From the NCBI RefSeq assembly GCF_041146345.1, contig NW_027191404.1, positions 620,001 through 684,000 of the forward strand: 64,000 nucleotides of DNA, given 5' to 3'. Made by a program: the position numbers and the translations under genes. This document shows, piece after piece, positions 37,101-48,902 of the stretch. The notes under the pieces are model-generated. The model did no database searches. It had not been told where the DNA came from and saw only the letters and a list, made by a program, of their open reading frames with translations. Position 1 is the stretch's first letter. The number at the start of each line of letters is the position of its first letter. This stretch comes from Neodothiora populina (lineage: Eukaryota).

Positions 37101-38147
37101 CAGTTTGCGAGCTCCCGCAGGGAGCTCCCGCAGGAACATAGCCTTTGCATCATGAGGATCAGAATGGTTCAGGTGAATGCCATTTGCGACTGAAGCACCA
37201 GATTGTTGGAAGCTCTCCTGCGAGGGCGAGGGAGCGGGATGGATGACCGAATCAGTCTGCATCAGCTCTACTGGGGGTGTTCTGTGTGTCGGGGATGCAC
37301 CTTGGGTAGGCGTTTGGTATGTCGGAAGTAAGTTCTCGTTATTGACATCATAGAATGTATCCATGGCGGGGCTCTCTGACTGAGATAAAGAGCTTTGCGG
37401 TTCAGCTTTCACACACTGGCTAGCATAAGACTTGAGAGCAGAGGAAATGGTTCCAGTAGCTGCCGTATGCAGGGACGACAGGTCTGCTGCTTGTGGTACA
37501 TTTATTGGCACAAACTTGGTTTGCAATGGAGTCCTGTATGTCTGTGTTGCGGACGCAGTGAAGAGTGGTGCAGCATGTAAATCACAGGGCTGGTCAGGGT
37601 TTCTTGCCGACGTAGTGCTAGTGGAAGACTTGATTGAATGAGCATGTAACGGATCAGGCGAGTCTGAGACGTAAGTGGGAAGTTCTCGGCGAGGTATTTC
37701 AGCCCGAAAAACAATGTGGCGATCAAAAAATTGATCAAGGTCTGACAACCGCAGGTCGTTTGGAGGAAAATTACTCCCCATTCTAAGGGAGATCTCAGAT
37801 GTGTTATCATCTCCAAGTTGCTTCAGATAGACATCCTTCACTCTGGCAACATTCACATTAGAGTTGCCTTTGATCCACATAAAGTCCCCACGCGACGGAG
37901 CCGTGCTGTCGCTGTCATGGTATAATACTGCTATCAAGAAATTACGCGGTTTCGCATCGATATGGCCAGCGAGATCACCTACCGCAGTTACGGCCACGTC
38001 GTGTAATGCCTGGTCCATGACGGAAGTGTGTCTCGTAAGCGATATACTGACATGCGGGACGTTGCGACTTACAGTAATCATGGACAGCATCTGTCGTGGT
38101 TCGCGTTCGGGCGCGTGTGTGGGGTCAACGCTTAATCTCCAATCCAT
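34162..38147 (-). pseudogene. Disrupted dynamin-like GTPase, NUGGC/SLIP-GC-type
   Basis: GNTGAGKS (G1), PTNCMRACTA (G2), VDLPG (G3), long coiled coil, LPVFCVSSRAYQKLKG, ETEIPALQ, WATYKATVRR; intron 35070..35015. Frame broken near 37120, 36256, 35745 and probably 34419. Confidence 0.8.
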
Positions 38148-38546
38148 GTGATTCTTCTATGCAATTCTGCAGATATGCTAGTACTTGTCAGTCGACAAAT
38201 GGTGCAGCGTATCCATATCAGCAATGAATCCAGGAATCGAGCCTTGATCGCCATTGATGAGTCACGGATCCGAATATTGTGAAGCACCTGCCGCTGTAAT
38301 ACCTGTCTAAGTGTGAAGCTTAAGCAAGTTCTATAACGGTGCCTGCTTGCTTAAGCAAGGGAAAGCTATAACTACCCACTGTCAGGCATTGCATGGCTGC
38401 GCCCGAATTTGCGCATTTCCCACTTCCGCGTACATCTACTTGTCACAGCTATAGATCCGAATGGAAAGGATTTCCTGAAGATCGCTCTTGTACCGGGTCG
38501 AAGAGCTTTTGGAGTCGTCAACATTTGGAGCACTATTCTTAAGCTA

Positions 38547-39884
38547 TCAACGACCATGATGGCCACCTTCTGTACCTCCTGACTTCTGCCAATTACCTCC
38601 TTGTCGCCTGCCGAGAGCCCTACGCCTGATCCATTCTTTACTTGTAATGTTTTGATCGGCCCCGAAAGCATCATTCTCGTCCCTGCGGGCATCGATAATA
38701 TCACTGCCTTCGAGGACTCTGAGTAACACATCGTCTTCGGGCCTGGCAAAGTATACTAGGCTCATCCTAGTATGACTAGCCTGCTCACCAGGTGGGTTTA
38801 TGACTCGATGTAGATTTGAATGTAACACACCAGCTGTGAATTTGACCATAGCATCTCCAAGATTGATGACAACATGGCCCCCCAAAGGCTTCACATAGGA
38901 CCAATCATTCGAATGTGGCGGCAGTACTTGTAAACCGCCCAGACGGTTGAAAAGGATGCTGATACTGCCGAAATCCGTATGTTCCCCAAGTGCAGTCCTA
39001 CGATCGTCCTGCGGCTGAGGTGGCGCGTGGACCCAGCGAACCTGATCGCCGGAAGCTACATGTAGCCTGTGTAGTGACGGAAGTTGTCCAGTCGCTAGCT
39101 CGAGTTTTTGATTCAGCAGGGTCAGAATTAGTTCCACTATGCTATGCGAGCGACATATGAATGATCTCAACACTGAGCGGCATGGCTCCAGTACGCTCGG
39201 TGCAGGTAAACGTTCCGAGATGCCTAATATGTCGTCTTTAGAGACGTTGTAGAATTCATTTCGATCTGTGGTTCCCTTGGAGTCAATGATGCCCTCACCA
39301 TATCCTTTGTAGCCAAAGTAGCTTCCTTGATCTTTGAAATCGTATTTGACTTTCTCCTCAAGTGGAAGGCTGAAGACTTGTTTACCAGCATCGAAAAGAT
39401 TATCTGCGTCCATCAGCAGCTGGTTTCCATCGAGCATTCTCATAAGATCAGGTTTGGCCTTCTCATCATCGGATGTCGTGGATTGCTCCTTGGTGCAGGT
39501 ATGCTCAAAGTCTTCCTCGGACCTAGAACAGCCTGTGTCTTGAGTATCTTCGTCATGCTTTGCTCGAATATCTAAGTAAAAGAAGCCGAGGTCGCAGCAA
39601 GCTTTCCACAAGCGATCAATTTCGTTTTGCTCCCCTATTAGTAGTTTGTGCAAGTCTATACGTAGTAGCGGCGCAACTGCGACGTCGTCTGGGAAGGGAG
39701 GTTGATTGTCAAAGCCTAGAGATACGTCGCCTTCGTCCCAAGACGTTACATGCGTTTGAGAACAGGATTCAGCAGGCTCCCCGATGACACTGGATATTGT
39801 CTCAGGATAGTTGTGGGTTTGCAAATGATGTATCTCGCCAGTGTCATTGAGCCGTGAGGTCGTCACGTAGGTCTGTGCAGCCAT
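38547..39884 (-). CDS. 2-oxoglutarate/Fe(II)-dependent dioxygenase (IPNS/DIOX family)
   Basis: ACCDLGFFYL, HTD (EHTDFGS), GGLQV, NLGD, SNLHRV, RMS (RxS). Confidence 0.9.
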   Translation of the reverse strand: MAAQTYVTTSRLNDTGEIHHLQTHNYPETISSVIGEPAESCSQTHVTSWDEGDVSLGFDNQPPFPDDVAVAPLLRIDLHKLLIGEQNEIDRLWKACCDLGFFYLDIRAKHDEDTQDTGCSRSEEDFEHTCTKEQSTTSDDEKAKPDLMRMLDGNQLLMDADNLFDAGKQVFSLPLEEKVKYDFKDQGSYFGYKGYGEGIIDSKGTTDRNEFYNVSKDDILGISERLPAPSVLEPCRSVLRSFICRSHSIVELILTLLNQKLELATGQLPSLHRLHVASGDQVRWVHAPPQPQDDRRTALGEHTDFGSISILFNRLGGLQVLPPHSNDWSYVKPLGGHVVINLGDAMVKFTAGVLHSNLHRVINPPGEQASHTRMSLVYFARPEDDVLLRVLEGSDIIDARRDENDAFGADQNITSKEWIRRRALGRRQGGNWQKSGGTEGGHHGR

Positions 39885-40388
39885 GTCGAGGTATGAGTGG
39901 GACAGCGATTCATCTCAGCAAGATCTACAAGTATGTACCCTAATTGCCTTAACTTATATACCCAGTCGAGAGCATACGTATCCATCATTCCCCCGCAGTG
40001 ATGGAGGTGGGGAGCGTTGGCTTGATCTTCGGGCCCACGGATCGGCCAGGCTGGTTAGGTAAGGTACTTGTATGATGATCTTTCCTGGAGTACTTGTACC
40101 TCATGTCACGTATGCAATGCACCAACGTCTTCAAATTTGCTTCTCAGACCTCGCATGCATATGTCTATGCAGGTATACGACAATTCGTAGATATCGAGAG
40201 TCGGTTCATGATTGAGCCCTGCACGACTTCGTGCTCGGGCTGCCGCGGCATATTCCGGCATCGGAAGAGGCAGAAGATTGCATCAGCAACTGCACCACCA
40301 TCCATCCATTACTTTGACGACGGTAATACAAATGTGAAGACTGTGGTGATGCAGAGCTGAGACGATACACCTGTAGTGTATCTTAACA

Positions 40389-42582
40389 ATGCCAACTCCT
40401 GATGGCTCGCCGGCGTCAAGCCTAAAGCTGTCTCGCGCGCGTACACGAACCACATTTGCTTGTGACCCATGCCGTACTCGCAAAACAAAGTGCGATGGAG
40501 CAACGCCCTGTTCTAGATGTGTCTCGGGCCATAGAGAGAGCGAATGCATATATAGTGCACATTCCCGGGGCCCTGGTAAATTGCAGATGCCCCGAAGATC
40601 TACTACGAGAACCATTGTGCCAAAAACCAAATCGGCCGAGACTCCGAGAAGCACAGTATTTGAGGACTCGTCCATTTCGAAATTATCTATGACACCAGAT
40701 GACCCTGCAGCGAATAAGAAGCAGCAAGAACTACGCGCAGGAATTGCAGCATTCAATTCCAATACCCACGCGTATCAGTTCTACGGGCCGTCATCCCACT
40801 TCTCTTTTGTGCAACGGTTGTATCAACGCATTCGAAGACAAAACCATCAACCGCTCATGCTAGAGGTGCAGCAACGTGTCCCTGATGGTCTCCTTCAATG
40901 GGGCGTGGACCAGCAGATCTTTACCCATGCCGGTGCAGAAGGGCACAATCGAGGCAACTTTACCGACGGGAATATGCTCCCCAAAGAACTAGGTGAGGCG
41001 TTTATTGCAAGCTATTTCAAGATCATGCATCCGCAGAGCCCGATCTTGATCGAAAATGAAGTGATTAGGATGTGGCAATCCTTTTGGACTGCTCCTCGGC
41101 CTCTCAACTCTAGCACGACCACAGCTGGGAAAGACAGATCTGTGCTTTACATGGTGTTAGCTATAGGCGCTCGCCTCCTGGATCACAGCGATGGCAAAAC
41201 CATGGATGCTTGGGCGGAGCATTTCTATAACCGGACTAGCGGTGCGACAGATGTGTTTGAAGACACCTCATTAGTAGGAACACATCTATTGCTGTTGAAA
41301 GCCATATATGCCATGCAGATTGGCAGGCCTAATTGGATCTATCTGTAGGTCTTGCTACAACTGGTCGTACAAGCTCACTCTCTAGCTAATATAGCCCAAT
41401 GTAGTTATCTAGGTCATGCTGCTCGCTGCGCTATGGCTCTCGGCCTCCATCGATCCCAGGTCGTTTCTGGCAGTGGTGTTCTGCTCAATCGTCTTCGGCT
41501 CACTTTCTGGACCATCTACTATATGGAGCGGTTGGTATCCATGTATCTGGGTCGCCCAAGCAGTCTCGCGGAAGACCAGATAGATGCGCCATTTCCAGAT
41601 GACTTGCCCGCAGGCCTTGATTCATGTCCGACCGATTATGCTTATGTCCGAGCTATGGCCATCATTGGACGGGTCAGTGTAACCGTCGTGACCGGAAACT
41701 ACTCGCCAAAGACTGCCAGATGTGTTTCTGAGTTGACGAGGGTCAACCAGCTCAATAGTGAATGCATTCATGCTCTCCAAGACCTCAAAACAAATATGCC
41801 GAGCTTCTTGCACTTCTTCGACGAGAACCGTCCGATTGGGGAAGAATGGCAAGAAGTGCAGAGAACAAATGTCGGGATTACTTATCATATCACGCGAATC
41901 CTAATATTTCGGCCTGCGTTGATATACGTTACTTTTTTCGATTCTTTAGCCTTGGCTCAAGCTAGCATTGGGGATCGTATCGATATCAAGGAAAACATGG
42001 ATCTTGCAGTGCAGTCTGCGAGAAGTCTCATTAATCTCACCTATACAGCATTCTCTGTAAGGTGCCCCTCACTGAGACGTGACGGCAACCTTGTAGTAAG
42101 TCCGCACGATTCCATCCAGGCCGAGCCTAACTGACGTGCAACCGAAGCCATTCATAGTCTCTGCTTGCTTGACACTTCTGTTTGAGATCCTGGATTCTGA
42201 AGCGACTCCTGCTCATGCCACAGAAGTCTTCCACATGGTGGACAAGGGGCTGCAATGCCTTGACAAAGTTGACCATATTGGTTCGATAACAGGGAAGAAT
42301 ATCAGTCTTGATGTCATGAGGATTGCCAAGGATGCTTTGCTATCTACCGAAGCGCAATCTCGCCTCGAGTCTAATATTGTTGAGGACTTTGCGTGGCTCA
42401 AGTCGGTCTTCCAAACGTACACATTTCGTGGAATTTGCTAACTGGAGCACAGCAATATCGAATTCGAAGAAACCTCGCAAGACCATGCCGGCACCTGGAT
42501 GTATAATGCCATGGGAATGATCCCAAACGCTGACCCAAACCAGACGATGTTCGATGTCATGGGCGATGGACTATGTCTGTAA
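40389..42582 (+). CDS. Zn(II)2Cys6 transcription factor with Fungal_trans (MHR) domain
   Basis: ACDPCRTRKTKCDGATPCSRC...C; FYGPSS; ALGLHR, FWTIYYMER, LGRPS; introns 41345-41404, 42096-42147, 42402-42452. Confidence 0.88.
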
Positions 42583-44731
42583 CATAGTATGTTCAGTGTT
42601 ACATTGACGAATAAGAAGACGACCAAAGCGATTTTGCGTACAGTCATCCACTAGGACTGCCTCTTTGCATGACGATCAAGCAATGCCGATGTCCAAGTGA
42701 ACGCAAAGAGAGGGCAGCGAATACCACATCCATTGCATGCCGACCAAAATCTCGACAACAAAATCTTGCTGCTGTCAAAGATACCATACGGTCTCCTGAA
42801 ACATGACCAGGCTTTCAATTTTGGTGCCGCCCATGTCACTTACATTCGACATCCGTCATTGATGTGGCTCATTCTTTCCAGGTCCCTTCATAATGTCCTT
42901 CGGCCGCCTTCTTGGGGGATCGTGTTTCTTAGAAGAAGTCAGCAATACTTACTGGCTTATCGCTGTCGATGTGCCACCCGAAGCTTTCTGACTTTGCCCT
43001 GCCTACGAAGACTTCTATCAGAACCCATCGATTTCCATGCAGTGGCTGATACAGCAGAGTCCAGTGCTCCTGCCCAGTCAAAGCTCTGGTGTGGGTCGTG
43101 GTTGCCTCTCGTCTCCCCATTTCCCCCTGCATTGGACTGCGGCGGCCGTGTGGGTGACACCAGCCACATGAGTGTCAAAGAGACAGGACACCAATTTTGC
43201 GCTGTCGCTTCTTCGACGATCCGTAGTCAGATTTCCCGCTCGGTCGAGTATCAAAACAACGAACACATGATTCACGGGTTTCGCATGAGGATCTGCTACT
43301 GCTGAATGCCTGAAAACGAAGAAACTCTAGCCTGTCCACTCACAGCCGGTTGTCTCATACTTACGGAACGAGTTCAATCAATGGAGGGTCCACGATAGCC
43401 GTTTGCACCCGTCAACTTCTTCATGTTCGTTTATCAATTCATATGCAATTGCAATAAATATGGTCGCCGCAGTAGGCGTCGCGCTAGGCCAAGCTCGGTA
43501 ACCGCTAACGCTTGAAACACTTCCATAGTACCTGCTATGCACCCCGAACCAACTACGCGGATCCGAGTTCTACCAGATTTTCGTGCTCGTTATCTTAGTG
43601 AGACGGATTGATTAAGCATATGATGATCCGGACAATTTGCCGCCTGACTTTGGTCTCCCAAGCTGCTTGAAACCCGCCGGAGTATCTCATCCCACGCCGC
43701 GTCGATCACAGAACCACCAAAGCTTCACTCACACTGCCAACAAGGGGACACATTGTTCTTTAGTAGGTTGCTTCACATCGAGGCGTAGCTACGAGGTGTT
43801 TTACTGCTACAACTCGGCTCAGGACAGACGCTGCGGTCTTCACCACATGTATGTCCAGACATGAAGGAATTTAGTAAACAAAGTAATGACGGTACAGCAT
43901 AATCTCATGGACACGAAACAAAGGACTTCCCGAAGAACAAGACTCGTCCGCCATACGCTGTACAATGGAGTGACTGACTCAGTAGCGAGGCCATCCAGGC
44001 AGACCAGAATACCAGGTATTTGGTTGACCTTTGGTTGAGGCACTCTAAACCGTGCACGCCATCAATATACCCCCACGCTGCCCACGCTTCAATTATCTGT
44101 CTCGCTATATCTTACTTAGGCCTGGCCCTGGCAACATTCCAGCCACATTGCCAATTATATCACTCGTGACTATAATAAGAACCTAGGGCATCTGGCTTTC
44201 CTGTCCTTGGAGAACATGGGATATACCTGGCGAGCTTTTGGTGCATGAAGTCGACCAATGACTCTGTGCTTGTCGCACGCTGTGGCTAAGCTGATCGAAG
44301 CTCAGAGGCCCCGGCATGTCCTGGACCTGGGTTTGCTAATCAAGGTAGTGTGGTGTGAACAAGCCACTGTCATCCCTTCGCCCGGACAAGTTACCGCCGA
44401 CAACGTTGTTCAGAGACGTCACAGTTGTTGGACTTACATGAGTGGCTTCGCACACCCATCATAGAATGATGGCACGCGTGCATTAGCACTGGCAATAACA
44501 TGAGCTGTTATGCACCGCACACTGACGTTCTCACACTAGTGTTGGACCAGGCACCGCCCTCATGACTACATGCGTACACCGTCGTGGATAGCGTGATCGG
44601 TTCGGCTTCAGCAATTCTATAAGTACTGGGTAACGTGCTCTTCAAGGACACCAAAGCGGTACGGAACAGTCGCTCCTAGTATTTTTGCAGACTTCCAAGT
44701 CTTCTCCGAAATCATTCGCTGTGGCGTAGCT

Positions 44732-46255
44732 ATGAATACTATCGCAACCCCCTCGAACATATCTAGTGCATATCAGCTGGTCGAGTTCGAAGCATTGACA
44801 CGAAGCCCTCCCGACAAGTGTGTTGGTCACAAAAAGAATCATTCCCGGAGATGCAGCGTTGGCCTCAGCATAAGATCCCGTGGGAGTATCGATGACACCT
44901 TGATATACCTGAAGAAGTTTCGCGGTTCTCTTACCCAGGAGATGGTACAATTTCACATTGACGAGCTTGCTAGTCTATGTCTCTGCAAGAAATACCACCA
45001 GGCCCAAAGTTACAATGTGGCCCAGGTGTGGCTTGTGGAAGCAAGGCTCAGGAATGAACAGTTCATCTCCACGCCACTATCACCCACAGTCGGTTCGAGT
45101 GCAAGACTGAAGATGAATTACCCACTGAGAGCATATCAAAGCTCCCTTCAAAGTATCCCGTTCACAACGCCAACATCAGCCACAGTCGGCTCGTGTGCGA
45201 GCTCGGAGACCATTTCGCCTCCAAGAACACCCCGAAGCTCACCTCGAAGTACCATATTCACAACGCCAAGGGCATCACCCATTACTGCTAGCAATAGCCA
45301 GAATGATATCGTGACTGGCCGTTCCTGCGTTTGGAATGCCTCTTCTGTAGGCGGCAAACCTCCTATGGTTTCAACCACGGACAAATATGACCTTGAAGAC
45401 GATACGACGAGCTCAAGACTAGAAGTGACGCATATGCCCCGGCAGGTCATGACCAAGAACATCAAGAGGCAGAACGTACCCTCCTCACTTGTTCTCAATG
45501 TTTTCGAAAACGACTCGACCTCCCCGCAAGCGAGATTTGATAGCTTGGGAAACATGAATCTAGACAAGCTCACGCTCATCGAAGCCGCCGACCACAATGG
45601 TCGACAGTCAGAAGAAATTACGCTTCAATACCTAGCCTCAGACAAGCGTGAAATCGAAGCACTCGAAATCGAGAACGCTCAGCTCAGACACGACCTGATG
45701 AGTCAGAAAAGCGCCACACTCAAAGCCAGACTAGAGGCCTTGCGCAATAGCAAGCACGGTAAGCAATCTAGCGCGCGAGAGGATATCACACGACCTGGCG
45801 ACTCCAATGTCAAACAAGACGAGAGATGTCCACCAGATACCGACAAGCCTCGAAGCAAAGACAAAGTGCACGACGAAGACAAGACAACACGGACGCACCC
45901 ACAGAGCACACATACGCCATCTCCTCGACCAAGCGACAGTGATGCTGATGCTCCTGTGCACGACGAGGCAGACAGATTCTCCTCCAGCCCTTATGACTGG
46001 CTCTGCAGTTGGGTGACTGCTTTCAAAAACAAGCTAGAATCGACACAGGATGACGCGTGTGCCCACGCTGTGCAAGTGGACTGGATGGGATTTCCCGCCG
46101 ACCCATGGACGCCCCGGGAGGAGGCAGAACTGGACGGGGAGCTCGAGGCCTTGCGTCAGGAAGAGGCTTTGAGATCTGCGCGGCGGGCGGCCTCTTCTAT
46201 GCCTCTTGTCGAGGGACAGTATGCAGCGGAGACTGACGACGAAGAAGAGTTGTGA
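44732..46255 (+). CDS. Hypothetical protein with N-terminal Cys/His cluster and central coiled coil
   Basis: 507-codon open frame; CVG...RRC...LASLCLCKKYHQ; Ser/Thr/Pro linker; heptad segment; acidic tail. Confidence 0.65.
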   Translation: MNTIATPSNISSAYQLVEFEALTRSPPDKCVGHKKNHSRRCSVGLSIRSRGSIDDTLIYLKKFRGSLTQEMVQFHIDELASLCLCKKYHQAQSYNVAQVWLVEARLRNEQFISTPLSPTVGSSARLKMNYPLRAYQSSLQSIPFTTPTSATVGSCASSETISPPRTPRSSPRSTIFTTPRASPITASNSQNDIVTGRSCVWNASSVGGKPPMVSTTDKYDLEDDTTSSRLEVTHMPRQVMTKNIKRQNVPSSLVLNVFENDSTSPQARFDSLGNMNLDKLTLIEAADHNGRQSEEITLQYLASDKREIEALEIENAQLRHDLMSQKSATLKARLEALRNSKHGKQSSAREDITRPGDSNVKQDERCPPDTDKPRSKDKVHDEDKTTRTHPQSTHTPSPRPSDSDADAPVHDEADRFSSSPYDWLCSWVTAFKNKLESTQDDACAHAVQVDWMGFPADPWTPREEAELDGELEALRQEEALRSARRAASSMPLVEGQYAAETDDEEEL

Positions 46256-46476
46256 GTTGTGTGAGGCGGATACAACGACAGGGTTGTCTGCACGGATGCG
46301 GAAATGTGGAAAAGACGTGAGACGGACGAAGACTAGGTATGCTCAGGTTGGTTTCTTTTGTATTTCTCATGTCATGTCTCGTGGAATCGTATCGTCTCAT
46401 CTATAAAGGTCGTTTCTTTTTCTTTTTCCTACAAGGATATATCTATATATGCTCGTATCAAATCTTCTTTACCATC

Positions 46477-48296
46477 TCAATGCACGAGTCCAATATCCGC
46501 CATCTGAGTGACATACTTGGCGTACCTGGCCGCACTAGCTTTTCTCATCTGCTTGCCCCACTTGGTGAATACAAACACCGTCATAACCTGCGCCATACCC
46601 ACAAACGCTGCGACGATAAAGGCATTCTGCAAGCCCATGTCCGTGAACCACGGCGTCAGCCCGTACGAGACGGCGAAACTCATCGTGTTGCGCACGAGGA
46701 TGACAGTGACCATGGCCTCGCCGCTGAGATCGCGGTACGAGTCCAGCGCATAGCTGACGCTCAGCTGGATGCCCAGCGTGTTGGTGAGCGCAATGACGCC
46801 CATGGCGAAGACGCAGCCGAACCACTGGATGTGCTGGGCGGCGCCGACACCCCAGAGGATGAGCCCGAAGGGTACAAGGACCAGAGACGGGACGAAGAGC
46901 CACAGTCTGTGTTCGGGCTCGAGGATGCCGCCGTTTCGCCGCGCGAGCTTCAGCACCATCTTGTCGCCTATGGGACCTGTGTAGATGGAGCCTATGACGA
47001 CGCCAATGAGGGGGGATAGGTAGGATAGGCCGACCATTGAGGACTCGAAGTTGTACGTGCCGCCGAGGATGAGCGATGCGGTGCCGTTCAGGAAGTTGAA
47101 CCAGATCAGGTTGCTGCCGTACGAGAAGCCGGCGTAGAAGATGACGGGGAAGGTCAGGAATTTGAGGGGCCGGATCACCATTCCGATCAGGTGGTTGGGT
47201 TTGGCTAGATCGGCTGCCTGCCAAAGTTTGAGCTTGTCGAGATAGGTTTTGCGTTTGTAGAGTGCCAGGCTGGGCGATTCTAGATCGGAGTCGCGGCCGT
47301 TGCTGTTGGTTGTCATGGTTTTCTCGGGTCCGTTGCTGCTCGCTGCCATGGTCTTCACGTCGCTGACTGGTGCCGAGGCGCTGGGTTGGTTGGGCTTTGT
47401 GCCGGCGACAGGCTGTCTCGAGTAGCTGGTCTCTTCCATAAAGAAGAAGATGAACACGAAGCCCATGCCGCAGAATATGGCACACCAGTACTGTGACGTA
47501 TTTGAGGATCTGCTGTGCATTCGGAACAGAAATTGCTTACCAGGACCCATTGCCATCCTTGTCCATCGTTGATGAAGCCAGCGAATACAGGAGCGAGGAA
47601 GTTACTGCCGGCTAGTACCAGAGCATACAACCCAAGATATGTTCCTGTTGGTGGTCAGGAAAGCTTCTGATGAAATGGGTGACTCTACCATATACCTCGC
47701 TCATGCTGAAAGTAGATATCAGTCACGCTGATCTCGCAGAGACTCTCGGCAGGAGCACCGAAGAAGCCCTGCAAGATCTTGTTTGCGATCCACTGGCCGT
47801 TGCTTTTGGTATACGGGGCCCACAGCTGAATGGCCATGGTAGCCAAGATACTAAAGAGATATACAGGTCGTCTGCCGCATTGCATTGCGATGGGTTGCCA
47901 GAACAAGCAGCCCCAGCCGAAGAACAGAAACATGTATCAAGGGGGACGTCAGACATGGGAACGATGGAAGACAGGATGATTTGAGACACACCCAGTGCCG
48001 GCATTCAGGTCCCCGAGGGTCAGGGCTGTAGCCTCTGATATGGGTTCGAGGACAGAATATATGGCAGCAGAAGCGATACCGACCATCAGGAGATAGACAC
48101 ACATGCAAGTCATGGAGAGGGCCTTCCGACGTGGTGACCAGTTCAAGGGATCATCTGGGTCGTTTGACGGGGTTGGCACTAATACAATGTCTTTGTTGCC
48201 GCCCTTTGCGTGCTTGGTGCCCATCACCCCTTCCAGGTCAACGAGATGGACGGTGCCAGGGACAGAAACATGCTCAATGAGGCCTCGAGAGTTCAT
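46477..48296 (-). CDS. MFS transporter, DHA1/HOL1-like
   Basis: PGTVHLVD, LVPTPSNDPDDPLNWS, GRRPVY, HERG, EETSY, EPEHRLW; introns 47991..47938 (odd acceptor), 47695..47645, 47540..47491. Confidence 0.88.
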
Positions 48297-48902
48297 TCTT
48301 GTGGATATGCTGCTGCAGCAGAGACAAAGATGAAAAAGGGGCGAAAAGCACACAATCAGACGCGAATCTGGATGATGAAAAGGCAGAGTATGAACAAGCC
48401 AAGGAACGGGTTTATAGTTGAGCTGGCACAGGAACCTACCAAAGACTGCATATTGTCGTGTTACTTATCATGGTATTGGGGTAGACGCAAGAGATAGGCA
48501 GAGCAGAGGGCGCAGTGTCGACCAACCAGAAGATAGCTTATATAATCACAACACATACTGCGGACGGTAGGTCTGTAATGATACAGCCTGTGAGCCCAGC
48601 TTCTCCACGCCAGCTTGTACTTGTATGCCATGTCGAGGAGAGAAGCTTGGACGGAGTGAGTGCACTCGACATGCCCATCGCTACTTGCCTAGTGTTAGTG
48701 GATTGCTTAGTGGGTTGCTTATTTCCTTATATGAGCTTGGGTGGATGGATCCAGGAACGAGGGAGCAACACAGACCACCCTGGCTACGTCATTCAATAGT
48801 CTGGTGGCTGTTGACGGCTATCAGGTAAGTATAGTAACTACCTTACACCATACCATATCTCTGTTCTGTACCACCCTCCACAACATATCATCACCAGAAA
48901 AC

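Noticed and set aside
34162..38147. Programmed frameshifting or hidden introns as the explanation for the split GTPase
   Set aside because: Breaks include a 13-bp duplication and apparently missing coding sequence, with no splice or slippery-site signals; pseudogene is simpler.
42650..44700. 202-aa ORF (42697-43305) and possible gene relics
   Set aside because: GTG start and no recognisable domain on either strand; a decayed gene cannot be excluded without a translated search.
46535..47485. 316-aa Arg/His-rich minus-strand ORF
   Set aside because: Out-of-frame shadow of the GC3-rich MFS coding sequence.
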